64,000 nucleotides of DNA from Verrucomicrobia bacterium ADurb.Bin006 (GTDB lineage Bacteria; Verrucomicrobiota; Verrucomicrobiia; Limisphaerales; J093), in assembly GCA_002071485.1 (NCBI GenBank), contig MWFF01000132.1, positions 21,911 to 85,910 of the forward strand, written 5' to 3'. A program made the translations under genes and the position numbers. Shown piece after piece: positions 28,401 through 36,243 of the stretch; the stretch's first letter is position 1; the number at the start of each line of letters is the position of its first letter. Under the pieces are notes generated by a model, which ran no database searches, had not been told where the DNA came from, and saw only the letters and a list, made by a program, of their open reading frames with translations.

Positions 28401-28569
28401 TCATCGCGGAGTACCACCACTCCGGCTCAATGCCGTCGGTATACACGGGGGGATCGGCACTCGATCCGTCCTGGCGTCGGTTGTCAATCAGCAGATAGAC
28501 CAGCGCCGGTTCCGACACGGTGATGTCGAGCTGAAACGGGACGTTGTCGCGATTGTCATTGCCGATCAT
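25441..28569 (-). CDS. large multi-domain protein (duplicated ~130-aa domain, Ig-like domains, malectin/CBM-like domain, shared C-terminal module); probably 5'-truncated
   Basis: 1042-aa ORF. NDNRDN...NMYGVVV domains occur at the N-terminus and at about residue 600. VISVNFQDG...GYLMDVGQVFGDQGNGYSYGWD is a malectin-like block. It ends ...QKFYRVVFP. There is no signal peptide, and the first domain starts mid-way. Confidence 0.7.
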   Translation of the reverse strand: MIGNDNRDNVPFQLDITVSEPALVYLLIDNRRQDGSSADPPVYTDGIEPEWWYSAMTWVGAEGFTPVVNGLNRAGDPFFPDEVGYDENANGTVDQWASVYFKQVEAGTFSTFEFGEGRNMYGVVVKGLPTSISNPPVITDLKPVNQTLFYGASGGLSFKASTVAPNRLDPQNLRLVLNGADVSSQLVVGGTSADRTVEFKGLVANTVYVAHITVSDQAGRSASADLSFDTFSDTAATLIEAEDYNYGGGMSMAAAPPAGYAGLTGTPDVDYHDNNTTTAATEYRTADFVGLRVSTDGLRARFTSVEATDYHVTGFVAGDWMNYTRTLDNNTYRVYLRASAGRAQTIRLDRVTGDPGSATQGRSPLGVFAVPNTPYTYVPLSDAAGQPVTLALGGLTTLRLTALESSSPSSQLNFLMLVPVEGPARLPHVSEVVPAMNAADVAQESVVAATIVNGSTPVPPGNVTLTVNGEEVTSAASVTATTDGVQVTYDPPGALAIGAAFSVRVAFTDAGGTAGALDWTFTTRPYAPVITSVVEAGGDDSEFTPAQFTGQTFNHPNLGTITVPTFREDVPAYRDRVHQWNGAAAILPLPSYLVGGDYIMIRNDNRDNGGFQLDVTVAAPALVYVLVDNRLGDSNAANPPEFTTGLMSWFEAEGWVPVRTGHNRLLSPALPDEVGVDESGDGIGAGAGVDSYSSVYVREVPAGTVSLYTADNAGRNMYGVVVRATSTHSFVPVVEITSPVPEATYPTTPASIAIAATASVRDSAVTRVEFFEAVAGKLGETLAAPYNFVWNNVPAGRYRLTASATAANGQVSVSQPVEVIVGTVISVNFQDGTAETPVGYLMDVGQVFGDQGNGYSYGWDADNSAHARNRNNVISPDERYDTFNHLQKDLPAGRVWEIELPNGNYSVHVVVGESDNYDSTFDIQAEGVTIISGQATATVRWFENTAIVVVADGRLSLSNGPTAVNNKICYVDIGRLPDTMPPAKFAPPTLSGNTVNLTWTGQGRLQEASQVNGPWADVAGIPQNSYSVTATAPQKFYRVVFP

Positions 28570-29142
28570 TTTTCATGGTCACGCTTCGTGAAGGGTCAGT
28601 ACAGAGTTGTTGGGTATCGCGACAATTCATGTGGTTTCCGCCCGCTGCGTCAACCTCTTTCCAACACCTCTGCCTCCACGGTCTTTTCATTTCGAGCGGT
28701 GCTTGACTCAACAACAGCAACCCTTCGGGAATTTAAATGAAATGACGGTGGGGAAAAGCAAAGGGGCCGCGTCTGAATAGTTGACATGTGACGTTCTGTG
28801 ATCAGATTGGAGCCAGTTCACTTTTCCATTGATCAGACACCGGCACCCATGTCACGGATCGAGGTCATTCTCAGGCCGGCTGCCTTGGTGGCGCACTCTG
28901 GGCTCTTGTTGTGGAGCTATTGGCAGAGAGTTCGTGGTCGCCCCAAACCGGCGACTGCGCCGCCCTGGACTCCTGTGGTGTTGGACACGTCGCATCTGCG
29001 CATGTTTCGTGGTGTCGTGACCGCTGCGATGCCGCCCACTGCAAAACGGGGACTCACGCAGGCAGACAAAGCTGAGTCGCGCTCCAGCGCGGAGAGGCAG
29101 CAATACCGCAGACTGCTGCCGACACGCGAAGGTCTCGGACAA

Positions 29143-30465
29143 ATGGCGGGGGTCATGGGATCGCTTCTGCTATTGCTTGCAAGCGGATCTGGATTGGGTG
29201 CACCGGTTCTGGCGGCGTTCGTGCAGGAGGAGAGTCATCGTCAAGTCGAGGTCCATGCGGTTGCATCAAGTCCTTCGGATGCCACGCGCGTCGCATCGTC
29301 CGCCGACACGCTGCACGCGCTGGAGACGATTCGCAGGCAGTATGCCCTGCCGGCGCTGGCGGTGGTCGTGGTGAAGGACGGGCGGATTTGCGATCGCGCC
29401 GCTTTGGGGGTGCGAAAGGTGGGAGATTCCACTCCGGTGACAATCAACGACCTGTTCCACATCGGGTCATGCACGAAGGCCATGACCGCCACGCTCGCGG
29501 CGCTCTTGATCGAGGAAGGAAAGCTGCGCTGGGACACCGCGATTGCCGAGGTCTTTCCCGAGCTGAAGGGCAGCATGGACAGGCAGTACGAAACCGTCAC
29601 CGTCGAGCAGTTGTTGACCCATCGCGGCGGATGTCCCAACAAACCGCCGCCGAACGCCTGGAAACGGGCCTGGAAACAGAAAGGGACGCCCGCGGAACAG
29701 CGCCGCGAGTTCATCGGCGCCGTTCTCGCACAGCCGCCCGAAGCGGCGCCGGGGACAAAGATGATTTACTCGAACCAGGGTTATTCCGTCATCGGCGCCA
29801 TGCTCGAGCGGGTGGCCGGGGAATCATGGGAAGATCTCATTACGCGAAGGCTGTTCACGCCGTTGAGCATGAGTTCGGCCGGATTCGGTCCGCCCGGGAC
29901 GCCGGGCAAAGTGGATCAACCTTGGGGTCACAAGCGCAAGGATTCGGTGGAGCGAGGCCTTGAGCGAGATCGGCCGAGCCGCGCGGGACGCGAGAGCCGG
30001 GGAGGCATCGGGGGTGTCCACGAGGCTGGGGACTGGGATCGCTTTGAGGCGCGCCTCGCTGTGGCCAGGCCGGATCAGGTCGACAACCCGCCAGCCATCG
30101 GGCCCGGCGGGGGCGTGCACTGCACGCTCGAGGACCTGGCGCGCTTCACCGCCATGCATCTCGAGGGGGAGCGGGGAGGCGGCCTGTTGCGTCCGGAGAC
30201 GTTCCGTCGACTGCACAGCCCGCCTCCCGGATTCGACTATGCCTGCGGTTGGCGGAGTGTTCACTGCGATTGGGCGCGGGGACAGGCCTTGACGCACGAT
30301 GGTTCGAACACGGCGTGGTACGTGGTGATGTGGCTTGCGCCCGAGATCAGGTTATCGGTTGTGGTTGGGACGAACATGGGCGGTTCAGACGCCTCGAAGG
30401 GGTGTGACGAAGTGGCCGGCGCGATGATCCGGAAATGGCTGACGCAGCCGAGGCAAGAGGAGTGA
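29143..30465 (+). CDS. serine hydrolase, beta-lactamase (class C/PBP4*-like) family
   Basis: Signal-like MAGVMGSLLLLLASGSGLGA. SxxK motif FHIGSCTKAM, plus YSNQGYSVIGAMLE. The start is chosen at ATG 29143 within ORF 28798..30465. Confidence 0.8.
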   Translation: MAGVMGSLLLLLASGSGLGAPVLAAFVQEESHRQVEVHAVASSPSDATRVASSADTLHALETIRRQYALPALAVVVVKDGRICDRAALGVRKVGDSTPVTINDLFHIGSCTKAMTATLAALLIEEGKLRWDTAIAEVFPELKGSMDRQYETVTVEQLLTHRGGCPNKPPPNAWKRAWKQKGTPAEQRREFIGAVLAQPPEAAPGTKMIYSNQGYSVIGAMLERVAGESWEDLITRRLFTPLSMSSAGFGPPGTPGKVDQPWGHKRKDSVERGLERDRPSRAGRESRGGIGGVHEAGDWDRFEARLAVARPDQVDNPPAIGPGGGVHCTLEDLARFTAMHLEGERGGGLLRPETFRRLHSPPPGFDYACGWRSVHCDWARGQALTHDGSNTAWYVVMWLAPEIRLSVVVGTNMGGSDASKGCDEVAGAMIRKWLTQPRQEE

Positions 30466-31434
30466 AAGGCGTTGGATCGGGCCGCCTGCCCAGGGGATGG
30501 GATTGGTTTGTGCGGGATGTGGACGACGACCAGTGTTGAATCGTGATCGAGGCGATGGCGGTCGCGATGCGCCTCAATTCTCCGGTGAACAGAGTTTCGA
30601 TATGGCCGTCCCCGTGCTGGACTGTGTACGTGCCCGCGGGACCAGACGCCGAAAGTCGCAGGGCATTGCCTTCGCGCCACAGTTCCACTATGTCGCCATG
30701 TCGGGCTGAGGCGGGCTGGTCATGGGCCGCGCCAGGTTGCGGGCCGGCGTCGGGGCTCTTCTTGAGGGTGGGCGCGGAGGCGACGGCAACAATGGGTTGT
30801 CCGTCGCGGGTGGCTGAGACCACGCGCTGACGAACGGCTGCATCGGTTGTTGTTCGAAAGATCACGAACAGGGAGCCACAGGGCTCGAGGCGGAGGGGCA
30901 GGGCGATCTGTCCGAGCCTCGATGTGACATCGCGCACGTCCACCCTGCGCGTGTCTTCCTCGCCCGGCTCGGGAGAGAGTTCGGTCAGCAGAGGAGTGGT
31001 ATCGGGGGCCGAGAAATGCAGAGTTCTGTTTGAGCCACCACCAATAGGCGCGCACTCGGGAGGATCGGGGAGGGTTAACCCAGCCGGACTCGAGGCTCGA
31101 CGGCCTCGCTTGAGGCGGCGCGGCGGGCTTGACCTCGATGCTGGCCGGATCGCCTGCGAGCACATCGGCCGCCGGCGGCGGATCAAGACAAACGGCGGCA
31201 AAAAAGGCGTATGCGGCGGCCCATGCCACGGAGGCAGCAGCGCGAGTCCAACTGCGCGCGGACACTGGGCGCGGGCAATGCTTGAATCCGAGTCTGCTCG
31301 TCCGGTTTGGCTGGCTGGCAAGGCGTTGTGAAGTCATAGCCGGTGTGTCCAAGCAACGGCCATTCGCAGGCCGATCGCTCTTCCGAGAGCGGCTTGGGCC
31401 TCAGCCGGACGCATCATCCCCGCGCGTCCAGCGG

Positions 31435-32790
31435 TCAGACGGACGCGAGTTGATCGCGGTTCTCGTAAACCTTCAGGACGGCGTCGGCGATGTCGTCCAT
31501 GTCCGCCCTGGTGCCCAGGAGCGGTCCCGAGGCCCAGATCATCGCCATTTCCTCGCAGACCTGATCGCACCTGGGACAGCTCATCGCGTCGCGAAACTCC
31601 TTGAGCCGGCGTTCGGAGAACGTCTTGCGATAGACCCTGCTCTGAACGATGTGGTCCACCCAAGGCTCGCGGTGGAGACCGATGGTGATGTAGGGGCTCA
31701 AGGGCACGCCTTCGGCGGCCATGGCTTTGAGGAAACGCGCGCGGTCGACGTTGTTGAAGTGCTCCTTGCGATAGCGCATGGCGTACAGGTAGAAGGAGCC
31801 ACTCGTGGTGCCCGGGTAGAGCTTCTGCGGAACGAGGCCGGGGCAGCCCTTGAGGCGACTCGTAAGATACGCCGCGTTCTCGTTGCGACGTTGGAAGCGT
31901 TCCTTGACACCATCGAGTTGGCCGAGCAACAGCGCCGCTTCGAGTTCGTTCATCCGATACTTCGGGCCGATCACCTCGGTCTTCCCGCGCCGCGATGTGC
32001 CGTGATTGTGGACCGTGTAAACCTTGTCCATCAGGGCCTCATCGTCGCCGATGACCGCCCCGCCTTCACCGCATGCAATGGTCTTGCTGGTCTGGAAGCT
32101 GAAACAGCCCAGTGGCGCGATCGATCCCAGCTTCTTGCCCTGGTACTCTGAAAGATGCGCCTGGCAGGCGTCCTCGATGACTGTCAGATTGTGTTTTCGG
32201 CCAATCTCGAGGAAGCGTTCGAGGTGGCAGGGCTGCCCCATCATGTGCACCGGCATGAGGGCGCGCGTGTTCTCGGTGATGCGCCGCTCGACGTCGTCCG
32301 GATCGAGCTGGAAGGACTCCGGATCAAGGTCGGCCAGCACGGGCAGCGCTCGGGCGGCCAGGATCGAGGCGATGGTGCCCGGATCGGTATAGGGCGAGGT
32401 GATTACTTCGTCGCCGGCGCCGATGCCCAGAGCCTCGACGCACGTGTGGAGGGCCTGCGTGCCCGAGCCGGTGGCCACGCAGAACTTGGTCCCCATCAGC
32501 TCGGCGTACGCCTTCTCGAAAGTCGGCACCGTGCCCGTCGCCGACTGAATCCGACACCAGATTCCGCTCCGGGTGGTCTTGGCGACAGACTCCATGACCT
32601 TGTCATCCACGTAAGGCCAGGACGGCCACGTGCGATTCTTGCGCACGGGGTCGCCCCCCAGAACAGCCAACTTTTTCGTCGTCGCCGTGCTGCCTCCACG
32701 CAGGGGAAGGGAATGAGAAGCCACTGCTGCCGCCGAGCCGACGGATGCCACCGCGATGAACCGCCGGCGATTCAGGTTGTTCGTTTTCAT
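31435..32790 (-). CDS. DegT/DnrJ/EryC1/StrS-family PLP aminotransferase with TAT signal
   Basis: NRRRFIAVASVGSAAAVA twin-arginine signal. ATGSGTQALH, VIEDACQAH and FSFQTSKTIACGEGG (PLP-Lys region). Confidence 0.85.
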   Translation of the reverse strand: MKTNNLNRRRFIAVASVGSAAAVASHSLPLRGGSTATTKKLAVLGGDPVRKNRTWPSWPYVDDKVMESVAKTTRSGIWCRIQSATGTVPTFEKAYAELMGTKFCVATGSGTQALHTCVEALGIGAGDEVITSPYTDPGTIASILAARALPVLADLDPESFQLDPDDVERRITENTRALMPVHMMGQPCHLERFLEIGRKHNLTVIEDACQAHLSEYQGKKLGSIAPLGCFSFQTSKTIACGEGGAVIGDDEALMDKVYTVHNHGTSRRGKTEVIGPKYRMNELEAALLLGQLDGVKERFQRRNENAAYLTSRLKGCPGLVPQKLYPGTTSGSFYLYAMRYRKEHFNNVDRARFLKAMAAEGVPLSPYITIGLHREPWVDHIVQSRVYRKTFSERRLKEFRDAMSCPRCDQVCEEMAMIWASGPLLGTRADMDDIADAVLKVYENRDQLASV

Positions 32791-32814
32791 AATCGTTCGA
32801 GTTGAGTGGGCTGG

Positions 32815-34197
32815 TCACTTGACACGGAACGGCCCGCGAATGCTGATCAGGTCGGTCGAGGTCTTGCCGTTGCGCGGGACGCGCGCGAGCGTGTAGACAG
32901 TGCCATCTTTGCCCACAGCGATCGAGTTGACGTACGCTGGCCGGTCGCCGCTCTCGAAGAAAATCGGTCCCTGGTCGCGATAGGTGCGGGTGGGAATGTG
33001 GTAGGTGATCAGATGCAGGTTCTCGATCCCTTTGGACTCGCCCCTCGCCGTCGATTCCTTGCCAAGGACGCGCTTGCCGTCCACGTACACCGGTCCGCCC
33101 GTCAGGTAGTGAATCGTCTGGCCGTCCGGACCGAGCGTGAAGCCCAGGTAACCATAGCTGAACTGGTCGAACATTCCGCTGCGTTGCGAGGGAGCCGACG
33201 TGATCCGGTCAAGCACCTCGACCCGATTGGCTGTTGGCTCGTACTTGTAGAGGTGCCCGGAGTTCCCATGCACCATGTAGATGGCACGCTCGGGCTGATA
33301 CCAGAACGTCTGGCGCCAGTTGTAGGCCATGTGGCCGGGCGACGTCGGATCGTAGAGGCCCAGGTAATCTTTCTTGAGATCCTCGCCCGCAATCGTCTCG
33401 ACAGCGTCGGTATCCGCACGCCATCGCAGGATGGCGCCGTCCCCCGTGCTGAAATAGGCCGAGCCGTCGTTGGGATCGATCGCAATCGACCGGCACAAGG
33501 TCCGGTACGTCGCGCCGCGGCCGTTCTCCCCTTGTTGCGCAAAGAGGCCGAAGTCCTTGAGATTCCCGGTGTGTAGATCCTTGCGGAGGAAATGGCCGCA
33601 CGGCCAAGTGATCGCAAAAAGGCGCCCCCGCCGCGCGTCCATGTTCATGGTCAGAATCCCCTCGCCATTGGGGGCAAGCCCCAGATCCTCGAACTTGCCG
33701 GTCTTCATGTCATAGGAGAGCAAGTGGCCGCCAGGGTAAGGCTTGTAGCCGGCCGGGGGGATGCCTATCTTCTCCATACCGTCGATGATGCTGTAATACC
33801 CCACATGCGTCGCAAAGTAGAGCTTGCCGTTGGCTTCGACGAAATTGACGTGCGACTTGCCCTGAGCGATGACTTTCTGGCCCCCTTCGCCGCACGCGGC
33901 GCTCAGGTCGCCCAGATGCCGAATCGTGTCCTTCTTGGGATCGTACGCGTACATCTGGCCTGCCAGATCGAACGCCTCCGAGCACAGCACGTAATAGATG
34001 CGCCCGTCACTGGCCGCCAGCATCCCGTTGTAGGTATCGTGGCCCTGGGGGAATCCGGAGTCATGGATGCGCGCGATCAGACGCCCTGAGGCGCGCTGGC
34101 CGGCGGTGCCGGCCATTGTCTTCGAGCCGGCACAGAGGCTGAGGGCCAGCGTGAACAGGGCGAGTCGGAGAGTGCGGGAGGCAACAGGTGTGATCAT
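32815..34197 (-). CDS. exported hypothetical protein, beta-propeller-like repeats
   Basis: Signal peptide LRLALFTLALSLCAGS. Recurrent DGRIYYV / NGKLYFAT / GRLFAIT / GSAYFSTGDG / GTVYTLA strands suggest a propeller. I recognise no family. Confidence 0.7.
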   Translation of the reverse strand: MITPVASRTLRLALFTLALSLCAGSKTMAGTAGQRASGRLIARIHDSGFPQGHDTYNGMLAASDGRIYYVLCSEAFDLAGQMYAYDPKKDTIRHLGDLSAACGEGGQKVIAQGKSHVNFVEANGKLYFATHVGYYSIIDGMEKIGIPPAGYKPYPGGHLLSYDMKTGKFEDLGLAPNGEGILTMNMDARRGRLFAITWPCGHFLRKDLHTGNLKDFGLFAQQGENGRGATYRTLCRSIAIDPNDGSAYFSTGDGAILRWRADTDAVETIAGEDLKKDYLGLYDPTSPGHMAYNWRQTFWYQPERAIYMVHGNSGHLYKYEPTANRVEVLDRITSAPSQRSGMFDQFSYGYLGFTLGPDGQTIHYLTGGPVYVDGKRVLGKESTARGESKGIENLHLITYHIPTRTYRDQGPIFFESGDRPAYVNSIAVGKDGTVYTLARVPRNGKTSTDLISIRGPFRVK

Positions 34198-34232
34198 GGT
34201 GTTATGTCCGGGATCGTATCGGTGCTATCGCT

Positions 34233-35150
34233 TCATTCGAACGCCGCCAGCGTTCGCAGATAGGCCGCGGACTGGGCGATGTCCTCTTGAATCTGCTGCG
34301 GAGTGCGGGAGACATCCTTGACTCCCTCGATCTCCATCGTGATCGGACCGCTGTAGCCGTGTTCAGTAAGAATCTGAAGCACGGCGGCTATGTTGACGCG
34401 CCCTCGGCCCAGGGCGGGAAAACGCCACTCCCCCACCCCGCCGTCATGGTCCTTGATCTCGACGGTGGCCACAAAGGGCAGAATCTTGCGCAGTTCAGTC
34501 GGAGCGTCCATTCCATCGTTGTAAAAGTGGATGTTGCCGGTGTCGAAGTTGACGCGCACGCACGGATGATCGACCTGCCGCATGGTCTCGAGGAGCACGT
34601 CCCCGTTTGTCCCAAGATCGGGGTGCGTCTCGATCGCGATCGTCACCCCATGCCGGGCGGCCAGGTCGCCCGCCCGCCGCAATCGCTGGTAAACGAGCGC
34701 CTTGGGGACATCGCGGCTCTTGGCCGACAGGAACAGGTACTTGACCCCCATGCGCTCGCAGACAGCCAGTTGCCCGTCGAGTTGATCGACTCCCTCCGGA
34801 CGCGCAAGATCGGCATCGCCCCGAAACACCACCGCCTTCAAACCATGATCGGCAAGGCGTTTCCGAACGATTTCAACCTGATCGGCAGCGGGCACGCTCA
34901 TGAAGACATGCCGAACTCCAATGGCTGGCAGATGCGTCCACGCAGCCTGCTCGCATCCCTGATAGTTCGCCAGACGACAGGCCAGAGTAAACTTGCTGCG
35001 GGGGGCGGATTCACCGGGTGCCGGTTGGCCAAGCGCACAAAACAGGTCGAGACCCACCGCCGACGCGATAACCGCCAGACCCAGCGTGAACTCGCAGAGG
35101 CGCGTCCGCATGCTCCAAACCTCGATCCCGGCACAGACCGTTGCGTTCAT
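34233..35150 (-). CDS. exported sugar-phosphate isomerase/epimerase (xylose-isomerase-like TIM barrel)
   Basis: The ATG at 35150 is preceded by GAGGT with 6-nt spacing. Hydrophobic N-terminus. VTIAIETHPD, VRVNFDTGNIHFY and GYSGPITMEIE are typical of the AP_endonuc_2 fold. Confidence 0.8.
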   Translation of the reverse strand: MNATVCAGIEVWSMRTRLCEFTLGLAVIASAVGLDLFCALGQPAPGESAPRSKFTLACRLANYQGCEQAAWTHLPAIGVRHVFMSVPAADQVEIVRKRLADHGLKAVVFRGDADLARPEGVDQLDGQLAVCERMGVKYLFLSAKSRDVPKALVYQRLRRAGDLAARHGVTIAIETHPDLGTNGDVLLETMRQVDHPCVRVNFDTGNIHFYNDGMDAPTELRKILPFVATVEIKDHDGGVGEWRFPALGRGRVNIAAVLQILTEHGYSGPITMEIEGVKDVSRTPQQIQEDIAQSAAYLRTLAAFE

Positions 35151-35305
35151 CAGGTGACCTCGATTGCCCGAACCGGATGCCAGCGTAGTCCAGGCTCGGA
35201 CCGACAAACAAGCAAAAGTCTTAGGCGTCGGCCGTCGGTGGCCATGGCCAAAACCCATCGCACACGAACTGGCGACAAGCTCCCTCGGTTTGAGACGGAG
35301 CCGCG

Positions 35306-36241
35306 CTAATTGGCAAAACCGCGCTCGATCAGCTCGACTGCTTTCGCGTCGCGCCGTTTCCGATCGGCACTGCCCAGGACCACCGCGACCAGGCGGCGGT
35401 CTTGACGCTGCGCGGTGACGGCGATCGAGAATCCAGCCGCGGCGATGTAGCCGGTCTTGAGACCGTCGCAACCCGCGACCTGAGCGAGGAGCGGATTGTG
35501 GTTTCGCATGACAACCGCGCTCTTGCTCGATGCGGGGCGGAAGGTCCTCTGACGCGTCGAGGTGTAGCGCAACGCATCCCGTTTCTGCAAGACGGCATAG
35601 CAGAGGCGGGCCAGGTCCCTCGCCGTCGTCACGTCAGGCGGCTGGCCAGGGCCTGGCGGAAGACCGTGCACGGAGTTGAATCGGGTGTTGGTCATGCCCA
35701 GTTCCCGGGCACGCTGGTTCATTAAGCCAACAAAAGCCGACGTGCTTCCGGCGACCTTCTCGGCCAAAGCCACGGCGGCGTCATTCGCCGACCTGACCAT
35801 CAACGCATAGAGCATTTCGTCCACGGTAAACACCTCCCGCTCGGCGAGCCACACTTGCGAGCCGCCCGTCGCGGCCGCCTTCGCGCTCACCGGGACCTTA
35901 TCCTGAAACGAAAGCTGCCCGCGCTCGATCCGCTCGAGGATGATCAGCAAATCCATCAGCTTCAGCACGCTCGCGGGGTAACCTTGGACATCCGCCCGAT
36001 CTTCGAACAGCACCCGCTTGGCGCCCACGTCCACGACAATCGCGCCCACATACGGATCGCGCGGAATCGACCGGGCGGGCGCAGGCCTTGGAGCCGACTT
36101 TTCGGAAGGCTTGGCCGTCGCGCCGCCGGGCGCGACCGCGCCGAGAATTGGCGACGGACCGAGGAAGAACCACGCCGCGCAGAGCGCCGCGAGGCCGATG
36201 CGAGTCCCAATGCGTTTTAGAAAAGAAACTTCGCTTCCCAT
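35306..36241 (-). CDS. D-alanyl-D-alanine carboxypeptidase (peptidase S11, PBP5-like)
   Basis: Signal peptide. SxxK motif PASVLKLM, SxN motif RSANDAA, plus GLMNQRARELGMTNTRFNSVHGLP. Confidence 0.85.
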   Translation of the reverse strand: MGSEVSFLKRIGTRIGLAALCAAWFFLGPSPILGAVAPGGATAKPSEKSAPRPAPARSIPRDPYVGAIVVDVGAKRVLFEDRADVQGYPASVLKLMDLLIILERIERGQLSFQDKVPVSAKAAATGGSQVWLAEREVFTVDEMLYALMVRSANDAAVALAEKVAGSTSAFVGLMNQRARELGMTNTRFNSVHGLPPGPGQPPDVTTARDLARLCYAVLQKRDALRYTSTRQRTFRPASSKSAVVMRNHNPLLAQVAGCDGLKTGYIAAAGFSIAVTAQRQDRRLVAVVLGSADRKRRDAKAVELIERGFAN

Positions 36242-36243
36242 AC

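Noticed and set aside
28781-28810. Promoter-like TTGACA hexamer (28781-28786) upstream of the beta-lactamase-family gene, and TTGACT at about 28703.
   Set aside because: No convincing -10 element lies at 16-18 nt spacing, and promoter consensus for this lineage is not established. A single hexamer match is expected by chance.
28798-29142. N-terminal 115-residue extension of the beta-lactamase-family ORF (start at GTG 28798).
   Set aside because: The extension has no signal or TM character and is Arg/Pro-rich. The internal ATG at 29143 is followed by a typical signal peptide, so the shorter gene model is preferred.
29900-30080. Charged Arg/Glu/Gly-rich segment of about 45 residues inside the beta-lactamase-family protein (KDSVERGLERDRPSRAGRESRGGIGG...), considered as a possible compensated frameshift.
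   Set aside because: The reading frame is continuous, family-like sequence resumes in the same frame (DNPPAIGPGGGVHCTLEDLARF), and no alternative frame gives better sequence. It is most simply a lineage-specific loop insertion.
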